A DNA stretch of 64,000 nt from Candidatus Woesearchaeota archaeon (lineage in GTDB: Archaea; Nanobdellota; Nanobdellia; Woesearchaeales; SKIA01). Location of the stretch: the NCBI GenBank assembly GCA_046704725.1, contig JBJKRI010000003.1, positions 93,758 to 157,757 of the forward strand, in the 5' to 3' direction. Both the position numbers and the translations under genes were made by a program. The notes under the pieces are model-generated. The model worked only from the letters and a program-made list of their open reading frames with translations. It ran no database searches and was not told the DNA's origin. This document shows positions 30,489 to 40,451 of the stretch, piece by piece; the first letter of the stretch is position 1; each line of letters starts with the position of its first letter.

Positions 30489-31502
30489 GCCCGTGTTCCC
30501 TGTGTTCACGATGAGTATCTTCTTGTGCTTGGGGATCTGGTCCCGCATCTGCAGCAGGAGCGCGAGCCCGGCGATTCCCGAGGGTTCGGCGGAAATCCCT
30601 TGTTGCGACGCGAGCTCCATCGCCTCGTCGATGAATTTCTCACGTACGACATAGACGTTGGAGTCGGGTCCGCAGAAGCCCGACAGCCGGTAGCACCGTA
30701 TCCATTGCTCCTCGAAGATGAGGAACGGGCGGTGCGGCGCGTATAGCTTGTCGGCCTTGCTCCGGGGGTCGTTGACGGTCGCGCCGATGAAGTTGCAGTG
30801 CTTGAGAGCGTCCGTCTTCCCGCTGAAGCGCGGGTCGTGGTGCACTGTGCTCACCTCGGCCTTGCTGATATTGAGGATGTTCTCGTACAGGTGTCCCGTC
30901 CCGAAGGGGATGAAGCAGTAGTCGGGCGACTGGTTGATGATCTCGTAGCTCATCCAGTCGTAGAAGCGCGTGTTCGGGTCGAGGCCCTCCGCGCTCGTGA
31001 CGTCGATGCCGTTCGGGTTGTCCGTGTATTCCAGGATCTCCTTCCAGGTCAACGCCTTGCGGGAGAGGTCGATGAAGTAGAGCTCGCAGCCGAGCTCTTC
31101 GAGCTTCTCGACGATGTCCTTCTTGAGGTTGAGGTCCACGAGGCACTTGAGCGGCGGTAGCCCGTATCTATCCAGCATGGTCTGTATGGCGATTCCGGCG
31201 GAACCGCTCGTGATGATGGAGAGTTGCGGCAGCTTCTCGTTGATGATGCCGTCCTTCTTGGCGATGAGGAAATCGCGGTAGGTCACGACCATCTCCCATG
31301 CGAGGCGGTCCTTGTGGGTTCCCGTCGGGTTCGTGCTCTCGTCCTTCAGCCAGATATCCGAGAAACCCGGTACTTTGATCCTCCGGGTCTGCGTCGAGGG
31401 GAATTGGGGATTGTCCGGCGGGAACTCCGGTTTGTGCGGGTCGTTCTCGCTCGCCACGTTGATGCTGTAGAGGATTTTCCTCTCCTTCTCGCTCAGCGGC
31501 AT
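30480..31502 (-). CDS. PLP-dependent fold-type II enzyme (threonine synthase/cysteine synthase-like)
   Basis: WLKDESTNPTGTHKDRLAWEMV lysine-PLP motif analogous to TGSFKDR. Confidence 0.55.
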   Translation of the reverse strand: MPLSEKERKILYSINVASENDPHKPEFPPDNPQFPSTQTRRIKVPGFSDIWLKDESTNPTGTHKDRLAWEMVVTYRDFLIAKKDGIINEKLPQLSIITSGSAGIAIQTMLDRYGLPPLKCLVDLNLKKDIVEKLEELGCELYFIDLSRKALTWKEILEYTDNPNGIDVTSAEGLDPNTRFYDWMSYEIINQSPDYCFIPFGTGHLYENILNISKAEVSTVHHDPRFSGKTDALKHCNFIGATVNDPRSKADKLYAPHRPFLIFEEQWIRCYRLSGFCGPDSNVYVVREKFIDEAMELASQQGISAEPSGIAGLALLLQMRDQIPKHKKILIVNTGNTGLK

Positions 31503-31613
31503 TCGTCGCGGGGCGGGAAAGGCGTTAATATGGATTCCGGTCGGCGTTCTGTCGCATTTCCAGCTTTGTCACATGCCGCAATACTTTTAAGCGACGTCGT
31601 CCTTCGGCCTCCC

Positions 31614-32195
31614 ATGCCAGAGGCCAAGACCGTCCCGCAGTTCGTCAATGCCGATATGAACATCGGCGAGGTGGTGATGCGGTATCCCGTCACCGCCGAG
31701 ATCATGCTCAGCTATGGCCTTCATTGCGTGGGCTGTCATGTCAACGCGTTCGAGTCCATCCGTCAGGGCGCTCTCGGCCACGGCGGCATGGATGACGAGG
31801 AGATTGTCGAGCTCGTGCAGGAGATGAACGAGGCTATCGCAGAGCGCGAGCAACTCTTCGATTCGGAGGCGCCGCTCATCGTGACGCGTCGCGCCATGGA
31901 GAAGATCGCTGAGTTCGCCAAGGACGAGAAGGAGAAGAACGATATGTTCTTGCGCGTCAAGGTATTGCCTGGCGGTTGTTCCGGCCTCACCTACGATCTC
32001 GACTGGGACCGTTCCGCCAAGGACGATGACGCTGTCATCAAGACGGACAACTATGACTTGCGTGTGGACCCGCAGAGCCTCGAGCTCATTCATGGCTCCG
32101 TCCTCGATTACGTTGACGGCCTGCGCGGCAGCGGTTTCAAGATCGACAACCCGAACGCGACCCAGCAGTGCGGTTGCGGCCAGTCTTTCTCGTAA
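31614..32195 (+). CDS. fusion of DUF1858 (hybrid-cluster-protein-associated redox disulfide) domain and IscA/HesB Fe-S assembly domain
   Basis: N-term YGLHCVGCHVNAFESIRQGALGHG, C-term VLPGGCSGLTYDLDWD...CGCGQSF. Confidence 0.6.
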   Translation: MPEAKTVPQFVNADMNIGEVVMRYPVTAEIMLSYGLHCVGCHVNAFESIRQGALGHGGMDDEEIVELVQEMNEAIAEREQLFDSEAPLIVTRRAMEKIAEFAKDEKEKNDMFLRVKVLPGGCSGLTYDLDWDRSAKDDDAVIKTDNYDLRVDPQSLELIHGSVLDYVDGLRGSGFKIDNPNATQQCGCGQSFS

Positions 32196-32226
32196 GCGTT
32201 AAATAGCTGTTCTCCGGCCTGATTCC

Positions 32227-32769
32227 ATGGGGGTTCCGGTGGATGTCCGTCCCGATGACGCTGCGTATTGGTTGCGCGCGTCCGATGGGTCCGATTTCTT
32301 GTTGTGGAGCCAGGCCAGACCTGCGCATTCGGTTCGCCGGGTGGCGTCTGTCTGGACGCCTCATGCTGATTTGATGCGTTTCTTCGGGGGGATAGATGCT
32401 TTTCTCCGGGGCGCTGAGGAGAAGCGGCTCTCTTGGGTATTCAATCTTCCTTATACAGCGTCGGCCGTGCATGATGATGGCACTTTTCGTGAGACGCCCC
32501 TCTGGACTGCGGACGGTCATCCGTATTCGTGTCGTTCCCTGTGCAAGAGTCTCCACATTCATTTGGATCGGCTCGTCCGGTTCAGCATCCAGGACAAGTG
32601 GGGGTCGTTGTCGCTCTCATCGATGGATGGTGCTTCGCCGTACCGTGTCTCGCCGGGGATGGTGAGCGTGCTATCAATCGAACGTCCCGATGCGTTGCCT
32701 GCGTTCGTGGAGGCGTCGACAGGATTGGAGCTTCTGAGCCTGGATTATCACTTCAGAGCGATCTATTGA
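32227..32769 (+). CDS. hypothetical protein
   Basis: 180-aa ORF. Confidence 0.3.
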   Translation: MGVPVDVRPDDAAYWLRASDGSDFLLWSQARPAHSVRRVASVWTPHADLMRFFGGIDAFLRGAEEKRLSWVFNLPYTASAVHDDGTFRETPLWTADGHPYSCRSLCKSLHIHLDRLVRFSIQDKWGSLSLSSMDGASPYRVSPGMVSVLSIERPDALPAFVEASTGLELLSLDYHFRAIY

Positions 32770-33481
32770 ATCGGGCGCTGCGAGCGTGGTGGAACAGGTA
32801 TTGCTGCAGCAGTCCCGCTTTCGGTCCGAGGGTCTCCTTGCTGATATCGTGCTCCGCGAAGACGCGTTTTATCCAGACGTCCTCCGGGCATGCTTCGTCG
32901 AAGCCGAGGCTGAAGAGCAGCACGCAGTCCGCGACTTTCGGGCCCACGCCGGGCAGTGTGCAGAGCTCTGCTTTCGCTTCCTCGTATGTCTTTGTCCGCA
33001 ATGAGTCGAGCCAATCGAGGTCGATATCCTTGAGCGTGGTGATGTAGGGCGCGCGATAGCCGAGCCCGAGCTTTCGCAGCTCGCTCTCCGTTCCTAGTTC
33101 GCTCGGCGTCGGGAAAGAATGGAATCCTTTCGTCAGTGGTTCTCCGAATGCGCGTGCGAGCGACACGCAGTTCTGCTGGATGCGTTTCTGGTGGTTGTTC
33201 TGGCTGATCACGAACGTGACCAGGCATTCCCATGGGTCCTGCCGGAGCACGCGCAGTCCTGGATGCGCGTCCAATGCTTCTTGCACGTATGGATGTGCGT
33301 GCTTCAGCACCGGTTGGTCGTGCCGGAAGAAGCGTTCGGCCCACTCTGCGTGCTCGCCTTTGACAGTGCCGTCGTTTCCCACGAACACGACGCGATCGCG
33401 GTGGCACAGCCACGCGCCGTCCTTCTCTAATCTGAACCGGAAGACCTGTCCCGAGGATAGCGTGTCGTGTAGCGAGAGCAT
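32753..33481 (-). CDS. ogg: 8-oxoguanine DNA glycosylase (Ogg, HhH-GPD)
   Basis: LSSGQVFRFRL N-terminal Ogg signature, LPGVGPKVADCVLLF HhH. Confidence 0.7.
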   Translation of the reverse strand: MLSLHDTLSSGQVFRFRLEKDGAWLCHRDRVVFVGNDGTVKGEHAEWAERFFRHDQPVLKHAHPYVQEALDAHPGLRVLRQDPWECLVTFVISQNNHQKRIQQNCVSLARAFGEPLTKGFHSFPTPSELGTESELRKLGLGYRAPYITTLKDIDLDWLDSLRTKTYEEAKAELCTLPGVGPKVADCVLLFSLGFDEACPEDVWIKRVFAEHDISKETLGPKAGLLQQYLFHHARSARFNRSL

Positions 33482-33503
33482 GCGCTGCGGAACGCGGTGT
33501 TCC

Positions 33504-33731
33504 TTATAGCGTTTGCTCGCGGGTCACGTCGACCAGGTGCATCCCTGCGTGCGCGTGCATGAGCACGGCTTCCGCCAGGCTGATCGTCTCGTGCCTTCCG
33601 ACCGGGTGCGCGTAGTACAGGTTCAGCACGTTGCCGTATGCCGCCACGCCGACGACTCCGGCGCACTGCTCGTACTGCGCGATATCCTCTTCTGCCAGTT
33701 CCATGTCGAAGACGAGTGTGTGCTGTTCCAT
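33504..33731 (-). CDS. small hypothetical protein
   Basis: 75-aa ORF. Confidence 0.3.
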   Translation of the reverse strand: MEQHTLVFDMELAEEDIAQYEQCAGVVGVAAYGNVLNLYYAHPVGRHETISLAEAVLMHAHAGMHLVDVTREQTL

Positions 33732-33899
33732 GCGGCGTTTCCTGCGGAAACCCCTATTTAATCATGTCCGCAAGACAACCTATTCATTGCGCTTACGGAA
33801 AAGAAACGACGCATAATTGTTTTCTTATGGAAAGGTAATATGGACAAGAATCGTTTTGCGCAAAGCTTCCGGGCACTGCCAAAGACCACGAGATGGTGG

Positions 33900-34730
33900 C
33901 TATCCTTCGTACTGCTTTTTCATAAGCAAGGCGTCCTCCTCGATCTTGGGGCTCTCGCTGATGACCCATCCCTTGATGCTGAAATCCTTCCAGGCGCGGA
34001 TGAGGTCCGGCAGGTTCATGTCGGAATCGCTGATGGGAAGATGGTTCCTCTCCCCCTTGGGGCCGTACTCGATTCCGGACATGTGGATGTGCATGCTGTG
34101 CAGCCCTTCCTTCCCGAGGTGCTTCTCGACCGTCTCCAGCGTCTTGCTGAACTCCTCGTAGGTGTTCTCTTCGCCGTTGCTTCTCGCGTGCAGGTGCGCG
34201 AAGTCCACGCACACCCCCACGCCGTCCAGTTCCTCTGCTAACTTGCATAGCTGCTCGACCGTGCCGAACTGGGTCGGCTTTCCCGTCGTCTCGGGACTGA
34301 TGCGGATCTTCACGCCGTCGTCGTGCAATGTCTTGGTGATTTTCTTCAACGCGTCTTTCACGACAGCATACACCTTCCCGGGATCCTGTCCGAGCAGGAA
34401 CGCGGGGTGGAACGTCACGCTCTTGCCCCCTGCCTGCGCGGTGCGGTACGCCGCCGACAATACGCGGTTGACGCTCGCCTCGCGCTTCTTCTCCTCCTTG
34501 CTGTTGAGATTGATGTAGTAGCTGCCGTGCGCGGTGAGGTGCACGTCCGCGTCCTTGGCAGCCTTCCGCACCTCGGCGGCCTTGTCCTCTTTGAGCCAGG
34601 TGCTGTGCACGAACTCCATCTCCATCACGCCGAGATCGTGCTCCTTGCACCAGTTGATCGCCGAGAGCACACCCTCCCCCTTCGTCGGTACGGGAAAGCC
34701 TCCCGGTCCGAAACGCAGCCTGTCCGTCAC
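33900..34730 (-). CDS. xylose-isomerase-like TIM-barrel protein (AP endonuclease family 2-like)
   Basis: 276 aa; HLTAHGSYYINLNS resembles Nfo HAPYLINLAS motif. Confidence 0.5.
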   Translation of the reverse strand: MTDRLRFGPGGFPVPTKGEGVLSAINWCKEHDLGVMEMEFVHSTWLKEDKAAEVRKAAKDADVHLTAHGSYYINLNSKEEKKREASVNRVLSAAYRTAQAGGKSVTFHPAFLLGQDPGKVYAVVKDALKKITKTLHDDGVKIRISPETTGKPTQFGTVEQLCKLAEELDGVGVCVDFAHLHARSNGEENTYEEFSKTLETVEKHLGKEGLHSMHIHMSGIEYGPKGERNHLPISDSDMNLPDLIRAWKDFSIKGWVISESPKIEEDALLMKKQYEG

Positions 34731-34810
34731 ATTCGGCCCATCATGCCTCCCTTTAAGGATGTTGCGGCAGGTATGCGAATATTCAAATAGGTGCTTAACA
34801 TGCTAGTGGC

Positions 34811-35224
34811 ATGCATCACCTCGACACGTACACACGAGCGGGGAATGCATTGACTGCTCGACCCCACGAGGATGGAAGGGATGGTCGCGCGGGAGCGGAT
34901 ATCGCCGATCTGGCGCGTATACTGGTGAATTCCGGGAAGCTGACCACTCTGGAAGGGGAGCGGCTCCAGGACGACGTCGCTTCTTACACGCATGCCGCTG
35001 GCAATGTCGTTCGGTTGTCAGAGAAACAGGCGCTTGTGGAAGAAAGCGGGTTGCGTCACAAGATCAACTCGGTTCTCCTCGCTGTATATACCCACCAGTT
35101 TTTCATGTACGGCGAACGTGTGCAAGAGTGGCGGAAGCGTATCGGTTACGAGGTCGAGCATCATGGATATGAGCGTATAGGGGATCTCGTCCGTCCTCTG
35201 CTTGCCGAACCTATCCCTCGTTGA
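34811..35224 (+). CDS. hypothetical protein
   Basis: 137-aa ORF. Confidence 0.3.
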   Translation: MHHLDTYTRAGNALTARPHEDGRDGRAGADIADLARILVNSGKLTTLEGERLQDDVASYTHAAGNVVRLSEKQALVEESGLRHKINSVLLAVYTHQFFMYGERVQEWRKRIGYEVEHHGYERIGDLVRPLLAEPIPR

Positions 35225-35468
35225 TCTCCTCGATATGGATGATGAAGACGGGGCACACCTCGGCCGCTTCCTGGTTCTCGGGCAGTTCCGACTCGTCGAT
35301 CACGTCCTTGACCGGGTCGGCCAGGCCGTCCTCGGTCTCGAGCGTCCAGTTGTCCGTGACCGCGGCGCACGCTCCGCACGCGATGCAGTTCGGTCGGTCG
35401 TGGAGGACGCGGAACTTCTTGCCCATGCCTCTTGTATCCAGCGGCTGTTTATATTGGTGCGCCCGCAA
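35211..35468 (-). CDS. small 4Fe-4S ferredoxin-like protein
   Basis: CIACGACAAV...C pattern, 85 aa. Confidence 0.5.
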   Translation of the reverse strand: MRAHQYKQPLDTRGMGKKFRVLHDRPNCIACGACAAVTDNWTLETEDGLADPVKDVIDESELPENQEAAEVCPVFIIHIEEINEG

Positions 35469-35497
35469 CCTATTTCAATCCGGCGAGCGCTGTTCCT

Positions 35498-36004
35498 GTC
35501 ATGTGGTGGTGGCTGCTCATCCTCGTCGCGCTTTACGTGCTCTTGTTCTTCGTCATCGTTCCATTAGTGGTGCCGTTCATGCGAAAGGAGCCGCTCCCCG
35601 CGCGCATCCCAAAACAGCTCGAGGACGCCATCGCGCAGATGGAGTCGCAGTCGAAGACGCCCTATGAGTACATCAAGCAGTGCTCGCATTACTTGCTCTC
35701 ACAGAACCACGGCGGCCGTTTCGCGACGGTCATCCGCGTCCAATCCCTGTTCGAGCGAGATGTACGGACCCTGCTCTCGCGGCGTGGCTTCATGCACTGC
35801 ACCCAGCTCAACCACTTGATGCGTATCCTGCTCGTGCGTTCCAAGTTCTTCACGGACGATGATATCCGATTGCAACACACTTTCGTGAACTTCAACATCC
35901 ATCAGTATCTCCAGGTGCGCGTGGCCGGGCAATGGTACGACGTGGATCTCGCCGGGGATTGGATGGGCGTCCCCCTCGGCAGGCACGCGTGGGGCTTCCG
36001 CTAG
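35498..36004 (+). CDS. hypothetical membrane-anchored protein
   Basis: N-terminal TM MWWWLLILVALYVLLFFVIVPLVVPF. Confidence 0.35.
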   Translation, partial: VMWWWLLILVALYVLLFFVIVPLVVPFMRKEPLPARIPKQLEDAIAQMESQSKTPYEYIKQCSHYLLSQNHGGRFATVIRVQSLFERDVRTLLSRRGFMHCTQLNHLMRILLVRSKFFTDDDIRLQHTFVNFNIHQYLQVRVAGQWYDVDLAGDWMGVPLGRHAWGFR

Positions 36005-36036
36005 CATTTAAATACCGGTTCGCCCGGGAAACAGGC

Positions 36037-36720
36037 ATGAAAGAGGTGAGCCGCGTCGGCGATGGCATTAGGGAATTCGTCTTCGGGGCGAACGACGGCA
36101 CCGTCAGCACGTTCGGCATCCTCGCAGGGCTTGTCGGGGCGAACCTCGCCGGTCCGGTCATCGCGCTTGTCGGCGTCATCCAGATGTTCGCCGCCGGATT
36201 GTCGATGGGCCTCGGCGCGTACATCAGCACGAAGAGCCAGAACGAATACTACGCAGAGGCCGAGTCCGAGGAGAAGCGCTACATCGACGAGCATCCTCGC
36301 CGAGAGAAGAAGCGCGTGCGGGACATCCTCGCCGAGCGCGGGCTCGAGGGAGAAACGTTGAAGGACGCGACCAAGACCCTCACGCACGACCGCACGGGCT
36401 GGCTCCACTTCCTCGTCGAGGAGCGTTTCGGCATCTCGGCGACGAGCTATCCGCACCCGGTCTTCGCCGCCTCTGTCATGTTCCTCGCGTTCCTCGTCGC
36501 CGGATTGTTCCCCGTCTTCCCGTTCTTCGTGGCGCCGCCGGGCGTCGCGCTCGTCTGGTCCGCCACCTTGAGCCTGATCATCCTGTTCGCCGTCGGCGCG
36601 GCCAAGACCCGTTTCACCAAGCGCAACTGGTTCGTCTCCGGTTTCGAGAACCTCATGATCGGCGCGATCACGGGCGTGACCGGATTTGTCGTCGGCTCCC
36701 TCGTCCAGGGCTTCCTCTAG
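36037..36720 (+). CDS. VIT1/CCC1 family iron/manganese transporter
   Basis: GANDGTVSTFGILAGLVGANL and acidic loop EYYAEAESEEKRYIDEHP. Confidence 0.7.
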   Translation: MKEVSRVGDGIREFVFGANDGTVSTFGILAGLVGANLAGPVIALVGVIQMFAAGLSMGLGAYISTKSQNEYYAEAESEEKRYIDEHPRREKKRVRDILAERGLEGETLKDATKTLTHDRTGWLHFLVEERFGISATSYPHPVFAASVMFLAFLVAGLFPVFPFFVAPPGVALVWSATLSLIILFAVGAAKTRFTKRNWFVSGFENLMIGAITGVTGFVVGSLVQGFL

Positions 36721-37076
36721 GCGCGCGCTTGCTCGGCGAGCCGGGACATCCGGCTCTCGATCTCGAACGCCAATGCGTCGAGCGTGCTCTTGAGCGCTTC
36801 CACCGCTCCGAAGCTCGTGTCGTCTGCGTAGTAGCGTCCGTTGTCTGTCGTCAGCAGCGCCCGCCAATGATACTCTCCCATGCCGCGCATCTGCGCCTTG
36901 TGCTTGTCGACGTCAAGGTGCAGGTACATCTGCGCGAAATACCGTCCGAGCCGTCTCGAGAAGCTCTCTACTTCGGATACCACCAGATTGCGCTCCCGCC
37001 TGTCAAGACGACCTTGATGCGCGATGTCCATCGAAAAACCCTGCTCTGCAGAACCAGCCATGCTGTCCACCTCCAC
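36717..37076 (-). CDS. hypothetical protein, weak S30AE/HPF-like (ribosome hibernation factor) pattern
   Basis: LLTTDNGRYYADDTSFGAVEALKSTLDALAFEIESRM resembles [32 protein letters not shown] of RaiA/HPF. Confidence 0.2.
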   Translation of the reverse strand: MEVDSMAGSAEQGFSMDIAHQGRLDRRERNLVVSEVESFSRRLGRYFAQMYLHLDVDKHKAQMRGMGEYHWRALLTTDNGRYYADDTSFGAVEALKSTLDALAFEIESRMSRLAEQARA

Positions 37077-37119
37077 AAGAGCCCTATGGCACGCTCGTAT
37101 AAGTACTTAGTGGAGGATT

Positions 37120-37800
37120 CTACTGCAGCGCTTGCTTGAACTGCGCGTAGGTGCGGTAGTTGACTTCCTTGCCGTCCAGATAGAAGGTCGGGGTGCCCGT
37201 CACGTTGTATTTGTTGCCGAGCGCGACGTCTTTCGCGACTGTCACCTGCATCTGCCTGTTGTTCAGGCAGGCATCGAACTTCTGCGTGTCCAGGCCGAGC
37301 CCTTTCGCGTAGGCGAACAGGTCCTGCTTGGCGAGGTTCGCTTGGTGCGCGTACAGGATGTCATGGTAGGCCCAGAAGCGTCCTTGCGCGCGGGCGCACT
37401 CAGCCGCTTCGGCCGCTGTCTGCGAGAAGGCGTGTATCTGCGTGAGCGGGAACTCGATGAACGTCACGTTCACGTCGAAGTCGTGCTGCACGGCCTTGAT
37501 GACCGGCGCGACCTCGCCGCAGTACGGGCACTGGAAGTCGCCGAACTCCATGAGCTGGTGAGTGGCGTTCGGCTTGGCAACCTGCGCGTCCGTGTAGTTG
37601 TACATGGAGTAGTCGATGGCGGAGGATTGGTTGCCGGTGACGACCAGGATGATGACGAGCACCGCGAGTGCTCCGAGGATGTACCAGAACAGGTTGCTCG
37701 ACTTCTTGGTCTGCTTCTTCGCCATGCTTTCCAGCAGCGAGGCACCATATATATGCGTTGTCCTTCGCCTGTGTAGCATCCCGGCAGAGTTAAAAGCCAT
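37120..37800 (-). CDS. DsbA-like thiol:disulfide oxidoreductase (membrane-anchored)
   Basis: N-terminal TM then FQCPYCGE thioredoxin CxxC. Confidence 0.7.
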   Translation of the reverse strand: MAFNSAGMLHRRRTTHIYGASLLESMAKKQTKKSSNLFWYILGALAVLVIILVVTGNQSSAIDYSMYNYTDAQVAKPNATHQLMEFGDFQCPYCGEVAPVIKAVQHDFDVNVTFIEFPLTQIHAFSQTAAEAAECARAQGRFWAYHDILYAHQANLAKQDLFAYAKGLGLDTQKFDACLNNRQMQVTVAKDVALGNKYNVTGTPTFYLDGKEVNYRTYAQFKQALQ

Positions 37801-37817
37801 GTGTCCTCTTTCTTCTC

Positions 37818-38708
37818 GTGGAACTCACCGCAGAGCAGAGACAGTCGATCGAGGCACAGAAGCAGAACTGTCTGTTCTGCCAGATCGCCGCGGGTTCCAT
37901 ACCTGCGAAGAAGGTGTATGAGGACGATACGCTGCTGGGCGTCCTCGACATCAATCCAGCGAGCAAGGGGCACGTCCTCGTGCTTCCGAAAGAGCATTAT
38001 CCCATCCTCCCGCTCATGCCGCCCGAGGTCTTCACCCATCTGTTCCGCACGGTGGCCGATATCAGCCATTACTTGCGCAAGGCGATGGTGGTCCCTATCT
38101 CCTCGGTATTTGTCGCGAACGGGCCGGCTGCGGGCCAGCAGTCTAACCATTTCCTCGTCCATCTCATCCCGTCCGACAAGCGGCTCGCGAAGTTCGCGTT
38201 GCCCGAGAACGCTCCGGGCGCCGAGCAAGACCAACTGGCGCAGATGCTGCGCGCGAACCTGCCGCGCATGCTCGGTCCTGCCGCGGGGCGTTTCCCCGTC
38301 GCGAAGCAGCCCGAGACGCCTTCTCCGGGAGAGCTCGCAGAACTCATCGCGCAGAACCCCGAGTTCCGCCAGATGCTCATCGAAAAACCCGAGGCTGTCC
38401 TCGCTGGCCTCGATGAGAATCCATCCCTCAAGCCGCTCTTCGACGGCGTCGACGTCCATGAGTTGAGCGCGCGGCTCAAGGCGCAGGACGCTGGCGAGGG
38501 GCCGAAGGCTCCCGCGATCCCCCGCGCTGTCGATATCTCCGACGATGACTTGCGCTCGTTTATCGACGGCAACGAGAAGCTCCGCCAGTACCTGCTCGAG
38601 GATATCGATACGCTCAAGCGGGCCATCGAGGCGCAGCCCAACCTGCAACGCTTCTTCGAGGACACCACGCCCGAGGCCGTGCGCGAGCGGTACGGAGGCG
38701 CTTCATGA
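37818..38708 (+). CDS. HIT-family protein with degenerate triad and long C-terminal extension
   Basis: CLFCQIAAGSIPAKKVYEDD...GHVLVLPKEH...SNHFLVHLIP (middle His of HxHxH replaced by Leu). Confidence 0.55.
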   Translation: MELTAEQRQSIEAQKQNCLFCQIAAGSIPAKKVYEDDTLLGVLDINPASKGHVLVLPKEHYPILPLMPPEVFTHLFRTVADISHYLRKAMVVPISSVFVANGPAAGQQSNHFLVHLIPSDKRLAKFALPENAPGAEQDQLAQMLRANLPRMLGPAAGRFPVAKQPETPSPGELAELIAQNPEFRQMLIEKPEAVLAGLDENPSLKPLFDGVDVHELSARLKAQDAGEGPKAPAIPRAVDISDDDLRSFIDGNEKLRQYLLEDIDTLKRAIEAQPNLQRFFEDTTPEAVRERYGGAS

Positions 38709-39178
38709 ACGTCTATGAGGACGGCGCGCTCGTCGTCAGCCTTCCCGAGAAGCCCGCCGTGCCCGGCCACGTCGTCGTCACGCCCGTGCAAGAGGCGTCC
38801 CACCTGCGTGACCTTCCTCCCGAGGTGGTCGAGCACTTGTTCACCGTCGCCTCCTTGACGGCCACGGCATTGTTCGAGGGTCTCGGCGCGCAGGGCACGA
38901 ACATCCTGTGCGTGGAGGGCGACGGCCAGGTGCATATCGATGTCCTGGCGCGGTCGCAGGACGACGGGCTCGACCTATTCTGGGAGCCCAAGCGCGCGGA
39001 CCCTGCTGATCTGGATGCCGTCGCGTCCCAGGTGAAAGAGCAGTTGTGGTACGTCGGCAAGGAAGAGCGTACCGAGGACAAGGAGGCCGTCGCCGAGGAG
39101 GTGCAAAAGACCAAGGAGGAGGTCGATGCCTCGCCCGAGGACAACTATAAGGTACGTCAGCTCTTCCGCACGCCGTAA
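38705..39178 (+). CDS. HIT-like protein (paralog, altered triad)
   Basis: GHVVVTPVQEASHLRDLPPEVVEHLF parallels upstream gene; QVHIDVL in triad position. Confidence 0.45.
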   Translation: MNVYEDGALVVSLPEKPAVPGHVVVTPVQEASHLRDLPPEVVEHLFTVASLTATALFEGLGAQGTNILCVEGDGQVHIDVLARSQDDGLDLFWEPKRADPADLDAVASQVKEQLWYVGKEERTEDKEAVAEEVQKTKEEVDASPEDNYKVRQLFRTP

Positions 39179-39210
39179 GGCTTAAGATTCTTGTTGCGGT
39201 CCAATGCTGC

Positions 39211-39771
39211 ATGCCTGTCGATTATCTCTCGCTCATCAGCAAGCACACCTCCGGCGAGGATCCCCGCACGGTCCCTGCGTTCATCATCCATTCCGCGCTC
39301 GTCACCAAGAAAGCCCTCGACGTCGCTTCCTCGTTCTTGGAGCGTCATTCCGACGCGAAGATAGACCTACGGTTGCTCGAGGAGATGGGCATGCTCCACG
39401 ACATCGGTATTTTCCGGGTCGAGGAGCCGATGCTCTTCACGCATGGCCCGCAGCCGTACCTGTCCCACCTCACCCGCGGCCGCGAGATCCTCGAGGAGGA
39501 AGGCCTTCCGGTCCATGCCCGCGCGGCCATCGCGCATTCCGGCATCCCTAAGTCGCATGTCGTGGAGAAGGAGTTGCCGCTCGAGCACGTCGATCACTTG
39601 CCCAAGACCTCGGAGGAGGAGCTGCTGTACCTGGCGGACCAGTTCTTCACCAAGCGTTTCAGCCAATTGTTCCAGGAGCGGTCGCTCGAGCAGACGCGTT
39701 CCTACGTCGAGAAGCACGGGAAGGACCGCCTTGCTTTCTTCGATTCTCTCTGGAAGAAGTGGTCGTCCTAG
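39211..39771 (+). CDS. HD-domain phosphohydrolase
   Basis: LHDIG...H...D metal-binding HD pattern. Confidence 0.55.
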   Translation: MPVDYLSLISKHTSGEDPRTVPAFIIHSALVTKKALDVASSFLERHSDAKIDLRLLEEMGMLHDIGIFRVEEPMLFTHGPQPYLSHLTRGREILEEEGLPVHARAAIAHSGIPKSHVVEKELPLEHVDHLPKTSEEELLYLADQFFTKRFSQLFQERSLEQTRSYVEKHGKDRLAFFDSLWKKWSS

Positions 39772-40451
39772 AGGTGCTTGAGGATATCTCTGAGGTCGGT
39801 CACGCTGTGGGTCGCGGCTTTCTGCAGCTCTGCGTGTCCCTTGAAGGCGAACGATAGTCCGACGTGCTTGGCGATGGCCACGTCGTTCTTGCCGTCGCCG
39901 CAGAACGCGCACTCCGCTACCTCCACATTGTATTCGTTGCGGAGCAATTCCACGAAATCCACTTTCGCGTGCAGGTCCGAGGGCAGGATGTTCCAGTACC
40001 CGATGGTTCCGTCGTCGTTCCAGAGGTGTTTCACGCTCGCGAGCGCGTGCGGGATGCGTAGCTCCTTCTGCGCTTTCCCCGCCTGTTCGAAGAAGCCTCC
40101 GCTGATGATGGCGGGCACGATTCCGCGCGCGTGCAGCCCTTCGAGCAGTTCGTGCGCTCCGTTTCCGTACGGCATCTCCTCGATGAGTTGCCGGAAGCGC
40201 GTCTTTGTCAGGCCGTATTTCTGGTGGACGTGCAGGCTCGCTTCGCACCAGTCGCCGTAGTTGCGGAAGCCCCCTTCCTCCCACTTGCGTACGAGCGCTC
40301 GGTCTTCTTCGATAGCTCCTGGCCCGAGCGCGTGCGGGATGCGCAGCCACAAGGAGTCCCCGTGCTCGGGGTCCGCTCTCGCGCTGTCCTCTCGGAACAG
40401 CGTGTTGTCCATGTCGAGGAAGAAGAGCTTGATGGTCATAGGGCGAAGCAT
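39768..40451 (-). CDS. HAD-superfamily phosphatase (phosphoserine phosphatase-like)
   Basis: LFFLDMDNTLF motif I, CGDGKNDV motif IV. Confidence 0.65.
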   Translation of the reverse strand: MLRPMTIKLFFLDMDNTLFREDSARADPEHGDSLWLRIPHALGPGAIEEDRALVRKWEEGGFRNYGDWCEASLHVHQKYGLTKTRFRQLIEEMPYGNGAHELLEGLHARGIVPAIISGGFFEQAGKAQKELRIPHALASVKHLWNDDGTIGYWNILPSDLHAKVDFVELLRNEYNVEVAECAFCGDGKNDVAIAKHVGLSFAFKGHAELQKAATHSVTDLRDILKHL

